Positions 29,597-32,000 of a DNA stretch of 32,000 nucleotides are shown in pieces (position 1 is the stretch's first letter; every line of letters starts with the position of its first letter). Under the pieces are notes generated by a model. The model ran no database searches. It saw only the letters and a program-made list of their open reading frames with translations, and was not told where the DNA came from. The translations under genes and the position numbers were made by a program. Origin of the DNA: Wolbachia endosymbiont of Drosophila innubila (GTDB lineage Bacteria; Pseudomonadota; Alphaproteobacteria; Rickettsiales; Anaplasmataceae); NCBI RefSeq assembly GCF_021378375.1, contig NZ_CP076228.1, positions 180,001 to 212,000 on the forward strand. The letters run 5' to 3'.

Positions 29597-32000
29597 TTAA
29601 CCCTTTTTAACTAAGATTTCATTATCAAGAGCGTACACTATTAGCTCATCATTTTCTACTACTTCCCCTGATAAAACTAATTTAGCTAAATTATTTTGAA
29701 TACACTCTTGTATAACCCTTTTTAAGGGCCTTGCTCCATATTCAGGGTCATAGCCAGTTTGTGCTATTAGTTCTTTAGCTTCCTGCAACAAACTTATACT
29801 CAGTTTACGCTTAGCAAGTGTTTTTTGTAAATAAGAAAATTGAACATCTATAATTTTATAGATGTCATCTCTGGTTAAACTGTGGAATATAATAATTTCA
29901 TCCAGCCTGTTTAAAAATTCTGGACGAAATGCTGATTTAACTATTTGCATCACTTCATTTCTTACAGAATCAACATTCCCTTTTAGCATTATCTCAGCGC
30001 CAAGGTTAGAAGTTAAAATCAGTATGGTGTTGCGAAAATCGATTAATTTACCATGACTATCAGTGAGTCTACCCTCATCCAAGATTTGCAGCAATAGATT
30101 AAATATATCTGGATTTGCTTTCTCGATTTCATCAAACAGAATAACCTGATATGGCCTTCTTCTTACCGCTTCAGTTAATCTGCCACCTTGTTCATAGCCA
30201 ACATACCCTGGAGGCGCGCCAATTAACTTTGAAACAGAATGTTTTTCCATATATTCTGACATATCAAAACGCAAAAGCGCTGATTGATCGTCAAACAGAA
30301 ATTCAGCTAAGGCTTTCGCAAGTTCGGTTTTACCAACTCCAGTTGGACCTAAAAATAAAAATGAACCAAAAGGCTTATTGGTATCTTGCACCCCAGAGCG
30401 GGAGCGCCTAACTGCATTACTTATCGCTTCTATTGCATCTTTCTGCCCTATTACTCTTCTTCCTATTTCATTCTCCATGTTAAGGAGTTTTTCCTTTTCA
30501 CTATGCATCATATTATCAACTGGAATTCCCGTCCACTTTGAAACAATGTTTGCAATATCATCTCCAGTCACTTCTTTCTTTAAGAAACTATCAGTAACCT
30601 TTTCCTGATTTTTTAATTCATTCTCAAGCTGAGGGATCACACCATACATCAGCTCTCCTGCCCTTCCCAAATTCCCACTACGCTGAACTAATTCCAACTC
30701 TTTTCTAGCGTTATCTAATTTTTCGGCTGTTTCTTGTATTCTAGCTATTTTATTCTTTTCCATCTGCCATTTGCTATTCAAGTCAGCAAATTTACTGTTT
30801 AGATTTTCGATCTCTTCATTTATCTTTTTTAAACGCTGTTTAGAATTTTCATCACTTTCTTTTTTTAGAGCCTCTGCTTCAATCTTTAGCTGTATAACCT
30901 TTCTCTCAAGTTCATCAATAACTTCAGGCTTGCTATCCATTTCAATTCTCACCCTACTTGCTGCTTCATCAATCAAATCAATTGCTTTATCAGGTAAAAA
31001 CCTATCTGTTATATATCTATTGGATAACGTTGCAGCAGCAATTATTGCACCGTCTGTAATTCTTATACCATGATGCACCTCATATCTTTCCTTCAAACCC
31101 CTGAGTATTGAAATGGTATCAGTTTCAGTTGGTTGAGAGATAAACACAGGCTGAAAACGCCTTGCAAGTGCAGGATCTTTTTCTATATGCTGACGATATT
31201 CATCTAAAGTTGTGGCTCCTATACAGCGAATTTCTCCACGCGCAAGAGCAGGCTTCAGCAGATTCGAGGCATCCATTGCACCACTTGTTGCTCCTGCTCC
31301 AACTAAAGTATGAAGCTCATCTATAAACAAGATAACTTTTCCCTCCGCTCTCGAAAGCTCATTAATAACTGCTTTTAACCTTTCTTCAAATTCTCCTCTA
31401 AACTTAGTGCCAGCAATTAGTTCTCCAAGATCCAAAGCTAAGACCTTTGCATCATGCAAACCAAGTGGTACATCGTTTGCAACAATTCTATTTGCAAGCC
31501 CCTCAACTATTGCAGTTTTTCCAACACCAGGTTCACCGATCAGCACTGGATTATTTTTTGTCCGCCTCAGTGATACCTGCATAGTTCTTCTGATCTCTTC
31601 ATCACGACCAATTACAGGATCAAGTTTTCCTTGCATAGCAAGCTCTGTAACATCTTTTGTATATTTCTTTGCCGCATTTAATTTTTCCTCACTGTTTGGC
31701 GAGTCCGCACTGCTGCCCTTTCTCATTTCTGCAACAACTGAGTTCAGTTTTTGTGGAGTCACACCATTCTCTGCCAGAATTTTGCCTACAGTATCATCTT
31801 TTTGTGCAGTGAGGCCATGCAGTAAACGCTCGACAGCAACAAATGAATCTTTATTTCTCTTTGCAATACCAATTGAATCTTCAAAAACTTTTGCTATTTC
31901 TCTTGAAAGTTGAAGGCCACCACTTCCTGGACCTTCAATTACTGGCAACTTTTTTATTGCACTATCCACAGCATCGGAAATACTCTGCACATTTCCACCA
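29597..32000 (-). CDS. clpB: ATP-dependent chaperone ClpB; the N-terminus runs off the right window edge
   Basis: Contains two AAA+ modules (Walker [10 protein letters not shown] and GPTGVGKTE), a long coiled-coil middle domain between them and a C-terminal ..[10 protein letters not shown].. motif. The frame stays open to position 32000 (..[11 protein letters not shown]), so the ORF-track 'M' at 31990 is an internal GTG. Confidence 0.95.
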   Translation of the reverse strand, partial: GGNVQSISDAVDSAIKKLPVIEGPGSGGLQLSREIAKVFEDSIGIAKRNKDSFVAVERLLHGLTAQKDDTVGKILAENGVTPQKLNSVVAEMRKGSSADSPNSEEKLNAAKKYTKDVTELAMQGKLDPVIGRDEEIRRTMQVSLRRTKNNPVLIGEPGVGKTAIVEGLANRIVANDVPLGLHDAKVLALDLGELIAGTKFRGEFEERLKAVINELSRAEGKVILFIDELHTLVGAGATSGAMDASNLLKPALARGEIRCIGATTLDEYRQHIEKDPALARRFQPVFISQPTETDTISILRGLKERYEVHHGIRITDGAIIAAATLSNRYITDRFLPDKAIDLIDEAASRVRIEMDSKPEVIDELERKVIQLKIEAEALKKESDENSKQRLKKINEEIENLNSKFADLNSKWQMEKNKIARIQETAEKLDNARKELELVQRSGNLGRAGELMYGVIPQLENELKNQEKVTDSFLKKEVTGDDIANIVSKWTGIPVDNMMHSEKEKLLNMENEIGRRVIGQKDAIEAISNAVRRSRSGVQDTNKPFGSFLFLGPTGVGKTELAKALAEFLFDDQSALLRFDMSEYMEKHSVSKLIGAPPGYVGYEQGGRLTEAVRRRPYQVILFDEIEKANPDIFNLLLQILDEGRLTDSHGKLIDFRNTILILTSNLGAEIMLKGNVDSVRNEVMQIVKSAFRPEFLNRLDEIIIFHSLTRDDIYKIIDVQFSYLQKTLAKRKLSISLLQEAKELIAQTGYDPEYGARPLKRVIQECIQNNLAKLVLSGEVVENDELIVYALDNEILVKKG

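Noticed and set aside
25900-31913. Multiple plus-strand ORFs of 60-168 aa inside gdh and clpB (for example 26013-26327, 28353-28778, 28693-28986, 30771-31073, 31407-31913)
   Set aside because: All are antisense to long, motif-supported genes. Their low-complexity Ser/Leu/Phe-rich translations are typical of shadow frames in AT-rich DNA.

Overview
This is an AT-rich, gene-dense bacterial window. Its content fits a Rickettsiales endosymbiont chromosome, most plausibly Wolbachia. That assignment is inferred from a 23S-5S rRNA pair with no 16S or tRNA, an ankyrin-repeat fragment, scattered housekeeping genes and dense palindromic intergenic repeats. Supported genes are: guaA (partial), nrdA, a TPR/SAM-methyltransferase, 23S and 5S rRNA, rpmH, rnpA, pstC-like, atpD, atpC, a class II aldolase-family gene, a P-loop kinase-like ORF, tsaB, a dicarboxylate/amino-acid:cation symporter, nrdB, bamE, a TolA/TonB-like gene, a YhcG/DUF1016 PD-(D/E)xK nuclease, recO, pleD, tatB, the large NAD-glutamate dehydrogenase and clpB (partial). 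I found no tRNA, CRISPR array, prophage block or coherent multi-gene defence or secretion system, so I cannot claim a new system here. The unusual signal lies in the non-coding and mobile layer. (1) A 326-bp MITE-like element with 18-bp TIRs and a 9-bp target duplication sits inside another palindromic repeat, and an intact copy of that repeat elsewhere in the window serves as an empty site. (2) A palindromic element is carried in-frame inside the glutamate dehydrogenase ORF. (3) rnpA has no in-frame start unless an A9 tract is read as A10. (4) A decayed IS3-family element with perfect 43-bp TIRs truncates an ankyrin gene, and a solo TIR abuts the nrdA stop codon. (5) Two composite palindromic repeat families are clustered at gene 3' ends. 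All calls come from manual reading. rRNA ends are approximate (about +/-15 nt), and homology statements rest on recognised motifs, not on searches.
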